A stretch of 64,000 nucleotides of DNA, taken from positions 160,890,001 to 160,954,000 of the forward strand of contig NC_042998.1 in the NCBI RefSeq assembly GCF_006345805.1, given 5' to 3'. A program made the translations under genes and the position numbers. Shown here piece after piece: positions 24,093 through 37,555 of this stretch. Source of the stretch: Octopus sinensis (taxonomy: Eukaryota). The notes under the pieces are model-generated. The model had not been told where the DNA came from. It saw nothing but the letters and a program-made list of their open reading frames with translations, and did not search any database. The first letter of the stretch is position 1, and every line of letters starts with the position of its first letter.

Positions 24093-24404
24093 ATAGTGAA
24101 TCAGAATTCTTAGTTAAAATTTCCCTTTTAATTTTTCTGGCATTGATAATAGATTTCTGACATGAGCACAAAGCAAAATATTTTGACATCAGAGTACAAT
24201 CACTGAAATTCGCTGGTATTTACTTTATCCACCCTCCACAACGAAAGCTAGGTATTTTGTTCAAAACTAGAAATTCAATCAAGCATATACTTTTAATATT
24301 CTTAAATAAATTCAGTTGTCTACACATTGTCTCTAATTAAAGGAGACAAAACAAAAACAAAAGGAGCCAAAAGGTGCTATTATTATCATCATGTCAGCAT
24401 TTTG

Positions 24405-24610
24405 AACATCATCATTTCTATCCTCATCCGTTTATCTCCATGTTCCATGCTGGCATGGATTGGACAGTTTGACAGCATCTGATAGGTCCAAAGACTGCTT
24501 CATGTTCAAGTATCTGCTTTGGCATTGCCAATCACTTTACAGTGTGTACTGGGTGTGTTTTTAAATACCACCAGTGAGGCTACCATGCAGCTTGTAAGAC
24601 TACAAGCCCC
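24405..24610 (-). mobile_element. Decayed family C-related repeat
   Basis: CCATGCTGGCATGGATTGGAC block. Confidence 0.55.
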
Positions 24611-25769
24611 AAGGGAAGCAAAATATTTTAAGGTTTTAGCAGATTTCCATTTATGTAAAGATATATCAAAATATGTGATGATGAACCTGAATCTTTTAGG
24701 ACTGGAATCTTAGAGTCTTCCCAAAATTTACTTTCCTGTGTAAGTATCTATCACTCACAGATAACTTCTTACCATACCTGTAGAGTTTTATTTTATTTTT
24801 TTTTTTGCCAGTGTTCAATATTTTCAATTGTTATCTTTACTTTCTGCTGATATTTTTGAGTCAGTTCCATGCAAGCCTATGTGAACTTACCATTCTTGCA
24901 GCAAGAGATAGGTAAAGGATTGGCTCTGGTATCATGCATTCAATTTACAAGATAATGCAAGATGTAACTTGTTTTTCTGAAGTAATTTGGAAACAGTTGG
25001 CTAGCAAAATAAAGTTTGTAGAATATCTATCATTAAATGAATAATATGTCTATAATGCACCAAAGATCCATTGAAGTCATCTCATTTGAAGAACTTCCAA
25101 CACATCCAAAATATATATAATATATGTAGTGTGTTTTAATTTATTCTTTTGCTTCATGAAGACATAAAATTTTTCAAAGTGATGGAAACAGTAATAAATC
25201 ATGTTTGTAGATGTAATGGCTTGGGCAAAAATTTGAAGAAATATTATTGTAAGAGCAGGTTCTTTGGAAATCCTGGCATTAGTTTAAAGAACAAAATGTC
25301 AGATGATAAATATAACTATATTTTTTTAGATATTTATATGAAACAGTTTAGAGGTTAAGATTAAAAGGCTAGTTGTAAGAAATAATATTTCCTCTCATTT
25401 GAGCTAGATTGTTGAAATTTAAAGTGATATTCTTGAAAAATGTCTTATATTAGTTAATTTTGATGTTTCAAAGTTTATTGTTAATTAATTCTTGCATGAA
25501 TCAAATGTGAGTGAAACCCTTTGAAGTGTTATGCAACAGCACAGATATGTATCAACTGAATGCTGGAGACATTTAGAAATTTAAATATTTCTTGCAAATA
25601 ATTTCAAAGAATGTCTAAGAGAAAAGTTTACTGTCTGAAATTTATTCAAAGATTTTTTAATGTATTAACAACTTGGTAACGTGGTGATAATATGTTGATA
25701 AATCTGTGCCATAATTTCCAGTGTAGCTGTTATATAATTGGTAAGATCATTAGAATTTAGGAAGAAAAT

Positions 25770-25925
25770 GTCTTGTGGTGTATGTTCCAGCACTTTAAAT
25801 TCTGAGTGCAAATCCTGTTCTGGGGTCAAAAAAAATAAAGTACTTGTCATATACTGGGGCCAATGTAATTGACTAAGCTTTTCCCTTGAAATTTGTGGCC
25901 TTGTGTATATACTAGAAATAATTAT
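25770..25925 (+). mobile_element. Decayed SINE family A copy
   Basis: TACTGGGGCCAATGTAATTGACT...GGCCTTGTG block. Confidence 0.65.
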
Positions 25926-26322
25926 AATGGTGGTTTGTTTCATTGATGTTTTAACATTTGTGGGTTTTTTTATAATGACAGGCTGGCTAGGTTTATAGTA
26001 CAGCAGCACACTATTATTGCATATGATCTTGTGTTATTTTGTCAACATCTTTGGATTTGACACCACAACCTTGTGATTGGTCTGCCTCTGCCACTTCTCA
26101 TATCACAGAAGTGTTTTTCCATCCAGCAAGTGTTGTCTATTTATGTTGTGTTGTCAATATATACCTACTTGTGTTGTTTATATTCATATATCTATACCAG
26201 CATAACAGCTTCTCTAATGCTCAACAGCACTGATGCCTGTAATGTCCAGCTCCTTTTTGAATACACTCACACCCTGCCTTCTATATAAATTAATATCTTA
26301 CACATCTAACAAAGGTAAAAAT

Positions 26323-26500
26323 CGTTAGCATGCTGGGCAAAATGCTTAGTGGCATTTTGTCCATTCTTTTTTTTTTTTAGTTCAAACTCTGCCAAGATTG
26401 AGTTTGCCTTTTATCCTTTCAGAGTCGATAAAATGATGTAATCAACGTAACCCCTCCTCCAAACCTGCTGGCCTTGTGCCGAAATTTGAAACCAATATTG
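26323..26500 (+). mobile_element. SINE family A copy
   Basis: ATCGTTAGCATGCTGGGCAAAATGCTTAG head and family core. Confidence 0.8.
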
Positions 26501-28584
26501 TAGATCTAACAAATCACACTTTGTTTTCAGACTCCACAAGACTTCCATATTTTTTTTCTATGTATCACAACCATACAACCTCATGCTTTTAACACATGCT
26601 TTTAACACATGCTCTGTATGGTCTACTTTTTGTCTGAGACATATACAATACCACTGAACTTGTTCTCATCCCTTCCTTATTAGAATCACTCTCTCAGCAA
26701 CCAACCCTAACACTAATTAAGTTGTGCAGGTAAAGGAAGCTATTTACTAATCTAGGAAGCTTTGAGCTATCCATTGACAATATTTCATGGCTGCTCTTAC
26801 TTGCTAACAAGTCTAAGCGAGGAAATAAACAGAAGGAATAACACTGGGAGCAAAATAATATGTTTGGACTAAAGGAAGAAAGTAAAATGTAAATATACTT
26901 ATCAAGGTGAACACTAAAGTAAAAAAATAAAAATGTAAAACTAAGTAGGAAGGGGAGGTTCTGAAGAATGCCAAAAGGAAGCTGTTGCAGAACAGAATTG
27001 ATAGAGAGATGCTAAAATGTTTGGACTTTTTACACAGAAAGAGGAAAGTCAGATATCATAGAGGAAAGTCAGATATCATCTTTCTTGTCAGACAGTTCCA
27101 AGCGAAGAAATTTGCCTGAGTTGATTTAGAAAAGATTTTCAATGAGGATCTACATTTTTGAGTATTCTTCATTCTGTTGCAGTTTTGTCAAATTTTTTAT
27201 CAATAATTTGTAATGTTAGTTAAACCCATTCCAATATTTTCACTGTCATTTATAACTTTCTGTTGTTGTTTTCAGGATCCATTTTAATATATAAAACACA
27301 AAGGAGAAAAAAACTTCATTAGCAGATCTTGTAGCTCAGAAAATAAGATAATTCTTATTGATATAATTTACTGTACACTTCTTCCTGGATTGCTGTTACG
27401 AATGCTTAATATCACCTTTAAATTTTATGCAACTTCTATATAATGATGGATCCATGTGACAAGTCATCCTCTTTTGTGATAATACCTGGTGACTTCTGCC
27501 TAATGTCTATCCTATTTTCTAAACACTCTATTCTTATTCCTCTTTGAGGTGTCATGTATTTGTATTTATTTGCATACAGTGTGCCTACATGTATAATGTG
27601 CAACACTAATTATGAGCTACGAAATCTAAGGAGCAAATTCTCTCATGCATAAGGAATATATTTTGTTTTTGTTTTTTTTCGTAATATTAAGCTATATAGA
27701 AAAAGAGGTTTTTAGTAAGTTATATTTCCTCATCAAAAGTACATTGAAAAAGTTCATGTATCCTCAAACGAATATGTAAATTCAAAAGTGACCTTTTAAC
27801 TTTACCTGTGTAAGCTGTGTAAGTGTATCTGCTGTAAAGTCAGCATATGAAAAGTCAACCAGTATGGAAGGATATAACAGACATAATGCAAAAGTAAACG
27901 TTTATACTTAGATATTTTCAATATCAAATGGATTTCTTTCCCCATATTGATAGTTCATTATAACAATTACAGTATTTCAGAAAGTGAAGTATTAATTGTA
28001 TAAGTTTATATATATTTACATTTTTATCATTACAGTATCTGAGATGTATTTGTATTGATTATATATTAATTTAATCTTCAAGTTAAATAATTCAAGTATT
28101 ATTTTCAATAATGGAAGTATTACATTTTGACCTTCTGTACAGAAAGTTGGCTCATGTTTCCTAGTTTTGATGAATATTGAGTATATTATCACTACCAAAA
28201 ACAAAATATGACATTATTAAAGCAGTCTCAATTCTTTGTTACATGTCAATTGTCCTGGATGCTGGATGTAACTAAATTCTATATAGGGTGATACATGTCT
28301 CCTGCATAACATGCACCCATGATATTCAGGTTTAAAAATCTTATAAACATAAATGCACATTAAATAAATATATTTCTCATCCCTTATCTCTAATCCACCC
28401 ATGCTGTACATACTACTTTAAATATTCTCACTTCATTCATCCTGAGATAAGAGTAACTACACTTAGGTAGTTTCAACTTACCACTTACCTTTCTTGTATA
28501 CATGTAAGCAAGAAAGACTTCCAGTTTCAAGAGAGTTCTACTAAATTTACATGTAGCCACCACTGTTCTCCTGCCCCAGACAGG

Positions 28585-29175
28585 ATTCTGTGGTTAAGAA
28601 GTTTACTTTCTAGCCACACAATTTCAGAGACATCCCACTCAATAGTACCTTTGGTAAATGCCTTCTACTAAAGCCTTGGGCTGACCAGAGCCTTTTGAGT
28701 GGATTTGGTAAATGGAAACTGAAAGAAGCTTCTGATATATATACCATCAGTCATCATCGTTTAACGTCTGCTTTCCATGCTGGCATGGGTTGGACGGTTT
28801 GACTGAGGGCTGGTAAGCCAGAATGCTGCACCAGGCTCCAGTTTGATCTGGCAGTTTCTACAGCTGGATGCCCTTCCTAATGCCAACCACTCTGAGAGTA
28901 CAGTGGGTGCTTCTATGTGCCACCAGCACAAGGGCCAGTCATGTGGTACTGGTATCGACCATGCTCAAATGGTGCTTTTTACATGCCATGCATGTGTGTC
29001 CTCCTCCACTGCTTGACAACCGTTGTTCCCATAAGTTAGTGGTGCAGCAAAAGAGCCTAATAGAATAAGTACCAGGTTTAAACAAAAAGTAGATTCATTC
29101 AACAAAAATACTTCAAGACTGTGCTCCAGCATGACTGCAGTCTAATGACTGAAACAAGAAAAAGAATAAAAGAAT
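28585..29175 (+). mobile_element. SINE family B copy interrupted by a family C insertion
   Basis: Head at 28585-28735, tail at about 29000-29175, insert between them. Confidence 0.75.
28746..28990 (-). mobile_element. Family C repeat nested in SINE B
   Basis: CATCATCGTTTAACGTCTGCTTTCCATGCTGGCATGGG; reverse complement of the 18830-19282 tail. Confidence 0.85.
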
Positions 29176-29488
29176 ATGTGTATGTGTGTGTTTATTTATT
29201 TGTTTTAGCCTTAGACATCTAGAACCTCACTCTCTTCTGCCAGATGGATCAGCACCACCTGCTTCAGTCAGAAGCTCTACACTCTTTTGCTGTGAGTGGA
29301 AAATCTGTGACTTCCCAGATCTGAATAGTCTACTTCTTAGGCCAAACATTAAAAAGGTCTCTTAATCACTATGTGTATGCATGTGTCTATATATTATAAA
29401 TGTATATGTAAATACATGCATTCACACACACACACACACACACACATAAATGGGGAGAGATTGATTGATAGATATTGTTATTATTATT

Positions 29489-29757
29489 CAGTAGTTTTAT
29501 TTTTATAGCGTGCTTTCACTTCACTACCGAGCGCAGCTCTGTGTGCCTTGGGTATGTGCTGTGATTTGTTGTGATTCTCTGATGGTTTCTGTATAGAAAG
29601 TGTTTTGCGTAGGATGTGTGCAGTGCTGCCCAGTAGTGCAATTTTCTGTATGTTATATATATTTTTAAGTCCTGGTGTTTTTGTTATGTATTTGTCTGAA
29701 TATTTTTTTATCATACCTAACGCACTTACTATGATAGGAATTGTTTCTGTTTTTAGA
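29489..29757 (-). mobile_element. 3' fragment of a restriction-like-endonuclease non-LTR element (R4/Dong-like)
   Basis: Minus strand encodes TIPIIVSALGMIKK...IQKIALLGSTAHILRKTLS, the C-terminal signature of these elements. (TTA)n on both sides. Confidence 0.75.
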
Positions 29758-29778
29758 TTATTATTATTATTATTATTA

Positions 29779-29990
29779 TGGCAGAATTATTAGCATGCTG
29801 GGCAAAATGCTTTGCAGCATTTCATACATCACTACGTTTTGAGTTCAAATTCTCCTGAGGTTGACTTTGCTTTTTATCCTTTTGGGGTTGATAAATTAAG
29901 TATGAGTCAAGTACTGGGGTTGATGTAATGCATTTACCCCCTCCCGACAAATTTCAGACCTTGTGCCTATAGTAGAAAGGATTATTATTT
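29779..29990 (+). mobile_element. SINE family A copy
   Basis: Family A head and core, (ATT)n tail. Confidence 0.88.
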
Positions 29991-30002
29991 TTATCCTTAT
30001 TC

Positions 30003-30222
30003 TGGCAGAATCATTAGCACACTGGGCAAAATGCTTTGCAGTATTTTGTCCGTCTTTATGTTCTGAGTTCAAATTCTGTTGAGGTCAACTTTGCCTTTCA
30101 TCTTTCAGGATCAATAAAATAAGTACAAGTTGAACAGTAGGTCAATGTAATCAACTTGCTCCCTCCCCTGAAACTGCTGGCCTTGTGCCAAAATTTGAAA
30201 CCATCATCATTATTATTATTAA
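30003..30222 (+). mobile_element. SINE family A copy, in tandem with 29779-29990
   Basis: Family A head and core, (CAT)/(ATT) tail. Confidence 0.88.
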
Positions 30223-33200
30223 TTTACATACTGCTTGTTCTGATGGATACTCCCTACATTAGTTGTCAACTGGACATCACACTAATTCCAGTACCTGTTG
30301 CTCTCTCTCCAGTTAATGCTGAGCAACATTGATTCTAGCAGGAAAATACCCACACTGTAGCATGTTTTGTAACCTCTCTCACACATGTATCCGCTGCACC
30401 AAATTGGGAAAGCTATAACCACTACAGCCATGTAATAACCGTTTTGTTTTACTACAGGCTAGGATTTATTTATTTATTTTTACTTTCACTTTTTTCTTGC
30501 ATACATCTGTTATATCTATTATGTAGTGCTGTCTGCTCTGATGAAGCCTTTGCTGCATTCCTCTGTGTTGCATTATTATCAAGATCCTAATGAACCCAAG
30601 TAAATATATTATATGATGGTTCAATGTTAAATGTCCTCATTTTAGTTTCTCTGTAAACTTTTCTTGCTGCTAATTAACCAATTAACTTATTTTATCCCTA
30701 CTCACCTCTTAAATATTCATCTATAGTTCCAATGCAGTTATCTAAACTGTAAGTTTTTATATGTGCATCAGCATGGTCGCAGCTCTGAGCTGAAACTAGA
30801 GTGAGAAAAAATGCTTTTTAACCATCATATTTGTAGAAATATTGATTCTCTACCATTTGGAAGGGCACACTGCATATTGTGCTTCTACTTGTTGCATTTT
30901 TATCTTGATCGTTTCATCTCGGGACAAAAGACTGCCAACCCATCCTGTCTCCCATCTCAGGCCCACACCAATCACTATGGCTTATCCTTAAAGTATCCAC
31001 CCATTCGAATTCTCCAAATTTCCTTGAATGTTGTCATTTTACATCTCTTCAAACTGAACGTCAATCATAACTGTTTGACCAGTCTCTGAGAGCCTGAAAA
31101 GGTCATAGATACAGCCTCTTTGTCTACCTAAGAGGAGGTAGGGGAAAGAAAAATTGTTGCATGGCTTAATTAATTATCACAGTGACTCTGAGAAAGTCAC
31201 GTTCATAATGTTATTACATTATGCTGATTTTAATAATTCAGTTCCATTTAATTTGAACTGTTTAGCTTCAATCATATTTCTTTTATTTGAAAACCATTTT
31301 TTACTTGCAGTTTAAATTCGTTTGCATTTCCAACGTTAATTTAATAATGTAAATTAGACAATTTATACATTGGAACTTCTAGATATAGCTTTTCCCAAAC
31401 TATTCTGCTTAATAGCTATTTCTTTTTTTAAATGTAGAAATGGCACAACACAAATTTAACTAAATGTATCTGAATTAGCATTGCTATTCCTTTTATGGGC
31501 CCAATGGGATAAAAGGCAAGCTTAATCTTAGTGGATTTTGAAACCAAAGCTGAGATGAGTGATTTCCAAAATGTGTGTGGTCAATAAACTCTAGACATCA
31601 TGAAATTAAGTCAAATTCAATAAAATACAAATATTTGATGTCAGATATCATAACATATAACCAGACATGTCATATGTTATTTAATTGTTTATTATTAATT
31701 TCTGCTTGCCGACAAAACTTAATGTGTCAAAAATTGTAGTATTAAAAAGTGTGTCACAAATGGTTAATACTTAGAAAGCTGTAACCAAGAAATATGAAAG
31801 TGAATATTCCAATGTTCATTCCATTCTCTTATCTTCATGTTCTGACTCACTCTGGAACCGAGCAAGATAGATACTTTTCTTTTTATCTATACATCATATC
31901 AAAAATTGCCTGAAAGAACTAGCTATCAGATTTTCAGATCAGGTAAGACAGAAAGGATCGAGTATCTGAAGAATAACACAAAACTTCGCCCTAAAACCTA
32001 ATGAAAAGACTCTGGTATGTCTCCCCCACTGCTTACATACCTTGTTATTTACAGCAAAGTAAACTCGGTTTTATTCAAAGATACTTTGCTGAATTGTTGA
32101 CAGGTTATACACCATTGAAATTTTAGATCATTTATTCTTTTGAAAGCCACCAAAAGTTCCACTATCAAAATTAATGATATTCATTTTGCTATATAATAAT
32201 GTACTTAATTCCAAAATTGATCCAAGTGATGAAATATTGTTTACAGAAAATTAAATTATGTTTGTAAATTACGTTTTATTTTAGTCTGAAATTTACCTTT
32301 AAGGAAAACCAAAACAAACTGTATTCTTATATCTTAGTAAGTTTATCTATACAAGACGAGCTTTGCTTGACACTATATTTTCTCAGCTGTTTAATGTTTA
32401 GTTTTACTGTGACAGGTTTGGTACTTATGTTGTTTTAACTTCAGTTTGGTGCATTACATTTGTGTAAAGAGAATAGCAATTTCACTGTAGTAGCTAAGAT
32501 TTGAAAATATATAGATAAAAAAGAAGCAATCTGTGCTGTGGAAAGTATTCTTTGAATAAAGTCAGTAGAAAGCTGCCTGGGCTTGAATAGACAAATGTAT
32601 TTGTGAATATTATAGGAACAATATGTTAAGATTTTAATGGCATCTACTTAATCATTATTGTTAATAAAACTTATAATGCAATTGTTTTTCTTTAGAGAAA
32701 TACTTGTTACATGAGTTGAACAAGAGAAAAAAAAAATGATGAATTCTTCTGAGATATTAAAATTCTTTTGTTAATGTTGTTTGGCTTCCTTCCAAAATTG
32801 TGGTGTAGGTACTTTTCATTTTCTTCTACATGTTCTTTAAGCTTTAGATTTGAAAACTCAAACAGTGATAAACGAAATGAATTGTCCTGTACAAATATTT
32901 TGGAAAATGTTTAATTTTTAAGAGTAAAATAATTTATTTAATGTTTTTCTAAAATCAAGTATGTTTCCATGATTAAATTTCATAGAGTAAGTAATATGAG
33001 TAGGAACGAGGGAAAAAGACAATACAAGATTATTTTCTATTTTTAAGGGTTTCATCAACATACATTTTAAATGCTTTGTCAAAAGCATTCAAAGTTATCA
33101 TTTTATGATGCCGCATGATGATTTCTTAGATATAAAATCAGTTTTCTAGAAGGGTACAGAAGATTCAATTAATTCCAGTATAACATTTGTACTTACTGGC

Positions 33201-35023
33201 CCTCCAATCTGAAGAAAGATAAGCTCAGGATTTTTTAACTTAGATTATGAGGTAAAATTAAATATTCTAAGGGCTTAGTTTAGCAGTGTGTCATTTCCAG
33301 CAATCACAGCAACAAAAGGAAGATAAATCTTATGATAAAAGTGATAATGAATGTAAATAACTTAATTTCAATTTTCATAAGGTAAACATGCTTAAATTGA
33401 AGAACATTCTCTCTAATATTCCAGCATCTATAGTGGAAGGTTATTTTTTAAAAAGTATTTCCAACCAAGTCTGCAAGTATAGATGCATTAATATTGTATC
33501 CTGACTTTTGGACATTACTTTATTCAACAACCCAATTCAGATATTTTCAGTTTTATATAAGGATAGAATAACAGCCATATTAAATAGGTTGAATAATTTA
33601 ATTTCCTGACGAGTGCTACACTTTTCACTTATGACAAGCCATCCTTGATAGGGATTTGGAGGAATTGTATTCTGATTTGAGTTAATCTTCTTTCTTCTTC
33701 AGATATGGACCTCATACTTTTCTACATAATGGTAAAAACAATAGAGAAAATAAATTCAATATATTTCAACTTTTATTTATCTTTGTCAAAATTTGTGGCC
33801 TGCTTCGCTTCTATAGACTTTTTCCGTTTTCTCTTTCTATCTTTTACTTTGTATGTTCAATCTGATCACACTTTTTAGAAGTTTCATGCTGGGTACAAAC
33901 CACAGACTAGAAACCTGAGGCCCCAGTCATTTTCTAGTAAAATGTTTCTATAGCACTCTTTACACTAAATTAGTTAAGTAAATTTATTTTGTCTCTAAAT
34001 TAGCAAAATAAATTAGTATAGTCACTATATTAGCAAAGTAAATTCATATTATCAAATTGAGACTAAATCTATTTTTTTTTCTTATCTGAAACTTGATACT
34101 GCATTGATTTTTAGGCCACATTGACATTCATTAATGTATCGCAAAGCAAATACAAGTAGTAAATAAAGAAAAATAAGAACACAAATATGTTGGTTATAAA
34201 TGTTTATTACTAGCCCAACTGATTAAAAAAACCAGTCAAGTTAGTGCCATATAAATATCTTCAGTAATTTAACAATAAATACAAAGAAACAGTATGGTAC
34301 AACTGATTGCTACAGTGCATGGCAGACTGGCCAGTCCTGCACTGGAATTGAAGTTACTGAAATAAGTCTTGCTAAAATAACTTACAACTGATTGTACCCT
34401 AATGTAGCTGTTAATCTACTAGGTACTACACTAGAAATCACTTCAAATTGCATCACAAAATATGTGACTAAATAAACCATCTAAGACCAGAGACCTCTAA
34501 ATTCAACAGTAACATTTTAGTATGTTTATTATTGTAGTTGTTGTTGCATTTGTTTGTTTGTTTTCAGGGATATCACCACTGCCACTGGTAAGAGAGTTAG
34601 GAATCTTCAATAAGGTATTTATTTTTTCATTGGCACTTCACGGAGAATGCATGCTGTGTAGTCCAGTAACGACATTCTTTGTTCTTTTTATACTGATTTT
34701 GTTTCATTAATATTTTTTTTAATCATTTTTAACATTTTTTATAAAAGGAGTTGTAGAAAAAGGGAAAAAAATGTAAAATTATTGTTTCAAGAGTATATAA
34801 AAAAAACACAAAAAAAACAAAAAACACTTGGCTGTTGCTGGTGTGGATTTCAAAATAATAAACATAATGAATGTAGAAAAAAAAAATGTTTTCATTAAAA
34901 TGAATATTTTGTTGTCCACGTATTCTGAGTTTTTTTTATTTACTTATTTTTAGTTATTTTTTCCATGAAGTTTTGACATTTTCATTTTGGTTGAAAGAAA
35001 CTAACAGTAGCAATACTAATCAA

Positions 35024-35115
35024 TAATAATTATAATAATAATAATAGTAATTATAATATCGATAATAATAATAATAATAATTATAATGTTAATGATGATA
35101 ATCATCATCATTATA
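35024..35115. repeat. (AAT)n-derived microsatellite
   Basis: Seen directly in the sequence. Confidence 0.9.
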
Positions 35116-35944
35116 TCAATAATAAATGGTGAGGGAGACATATGCAAGTCAGAAAAGAAGTTCTATAATTGAAAAAAAGAATTAAAATTCAAAGAAATTT
35201 ATGCTGTTTATGCATTATTTTATTTATTTATTTTGTGTTGCCTATTATTTTCTACTATTTTCCAGTGACTGAGTTTATATTTCATTTTTTGAGAGATTAG
35301 AAATTTTAAGCATTGTTATTACCATTTGGAAGACATTAAGGACCAAGTTAACATATTTTGTATTTAAAAAGAAATCCCTGAACTTTTACTTATGGATGAG
35401 ACAAAAACCCCTAAAGAAACAAAATCATAGTAATTCGGAAAATTTTTCTTTTAATCATTCTCCTCCTCATCATCGTTGTTGTTATAATTGCTATTGAAAT
35501 ATTGAAGTAAGTTCTAATTGTAAATTCAAATTTGTAACCTAGTTTCAGTTTCCAGTTTGAATAATTTTCTTCATTTCCAGTGCAAATGCCCTTGAAATTG
35601 GTATAAACCTGGCAATTTGTGTTCTTCCTCTCTGATAAATTTAACTTATCATGTCTCAGTAATTTGAGCTAGCTAAACAATATAACACTTGATTGAATTC
35701 ATAACAAACTAGTTTGGTACTGTTCTAAGAAAACGTTCTGTTGGAGCTAATTAAATTTTTCTTATATGCTTAGTAATGATAAACTAAGTATTAGTTATTG
35801 ATTGGCATCAATTCTATTCCTCTTTCAGCAAAAACTGATCATGTGTTCTTTTTAAAAAAACCTACTTTCATAAATACAGGAGAATCAATGTCATGGTGAA
35901 TTTTAAAGAATTTTATTTTTTGTTCCTTTTATAATTTCTTTTTA

Positions 35945-36140
35945 TATTGATTTCAAATTTTGCACAAGGCCAGCAATGTTATGTTGATCATGTTGACCCC
36001 AGTAATCAACTAATACTTATTTTATTAACCCTGAAAGGATGAAAGGCAAAGATGACCTTGGAGGAATTTGAACTAAGAATGTAAAAATGGACAAAATGCT
36101 GCTAAGCATTTTGCCTGGCATGCTAACAATTCTGCCATAA
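35945..36140 (-). mobile_element. SINE family A copy
   Basis: GGATGAAAGGCAAAG...GCTAACAATTCTGCCA. Confidence 0.85.
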
Positions 36141-37483
36141 TTTCCTTTTATATTGAATTGTTTAAGTCAGCTTCTCCACCAGTGGCAGTGATGCTAACTA
36201 ATATTTTAGTGTGAATCCAGATTTAAGAACTTGAGGTTTTTCCTTGTGCTTTGCTTTACTTTAAAATATCCACTAATTTATTCCTTTATCACCAAAATAA
36301 CTGAATTTATTTTTTAGCGTATTCTCTTTTTCTTAAATTTTCTACTCCATTCATTATTAACAATAAATATGAATACCAATTTTTGTTCTTTATGAAAATA
36401 TCCCTAATCTTAAGAAGGGAAAGATTTTTAATTGCTATATCATTTCCTTCATCTTTTATGCACTTATAATAGTTTATTGATAGTTATGAACACATTGTAT
36501 TTGTCCAATATTGTCAAGAAAAATCTAAATACAATGAAAATAAGTTACAGTGCTTAGCATTTACATATGATCTGGCAAATAGTCTGATAATTCCATAGGA
36601 ACAATGAAATGTATATCATTTGTACATGCATGTGTGTATGCAGGGTGGGTAGGTATATTAAAGGTAAGTAGAATATTCAGAAGTTTATTGACATAGTGTG
36701 ATTAAATGGGAACTAGCTAAGACTTGCTGGGTGGTTTTGCACCTATATAATTATTGAGAAATATTTTATTTTTATTTTTGTAACTGTGACTTCAATTCAA
36801 TATTATTATTAACAATCTGCTTAATAGTAATTCTGGAAGATTTGTTTGTTCTCTAAATTGTTTTACTAATTGAAAACTCTGTCCAGATTTAAAAAAACAA
36901 AAACCAATAAGCCGCATAGTGCAAGCAAAGACTAAAACAAAAGAAGCATCTTATCATTGAGAACAAAAATGTGAATGATAAACGTTATTGGGATGACATC
37001 TGTAAAAGCCACATGCCATATTTATAAAAAGAAATGACCTACAAAAACAAAATCTAAAAGATGGGATTAGGTAATATATACTTAAGCTGAAAATGATACA
37101 CAGATTAATGTTTAAACTATTTTCTCTTAATATTGGTAAATAAATCTAATCCTTTCTTGTATATCTATTCATGATTTTTCTAGAGAAAATCTTATCTCAC
37201 AAGCAAGATGACATTACCAGTATACTACTATAATATGTAAATCAAAAGAAACAATTGTATGAAGTCAGTAATAAGATGCTTTATATATATATATATATAT
37301 ATATATAAAAGCAAACTATAACGCTCTTATATATGTATGTATATATACATATATATATCTTTGAAGAAAAAAAAAAAACAAGAATCAGCAAGAAAGTGTG
37401 ATTGCACTGAATTTAGAGTTTGGGACCATGTTGTATAATTGCAGCTCACTCAATTTAAAAGTGGTTCAGAGATAAGTAGATAA

Positions 37484-37484
<1 letters not shown>

Positions 37485-37523
<39 letters not shown>

Positions 37524-37524
37524 G

Positions 37525-37555
<31 letters not shown>
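37485..37555. repeat. (GATA)n(GA)n microsatellite
   Basis: Seen directly in the sequence. Confidence 0.95.

Noticed and set aside
30528-30575. CTGATGAAG hammerhead-like box
   Set aside because: No stem II or GAAA follows. The CTGATGAG in the 17.7-kb loop and the trace near 11060 are also too degenerate to call.
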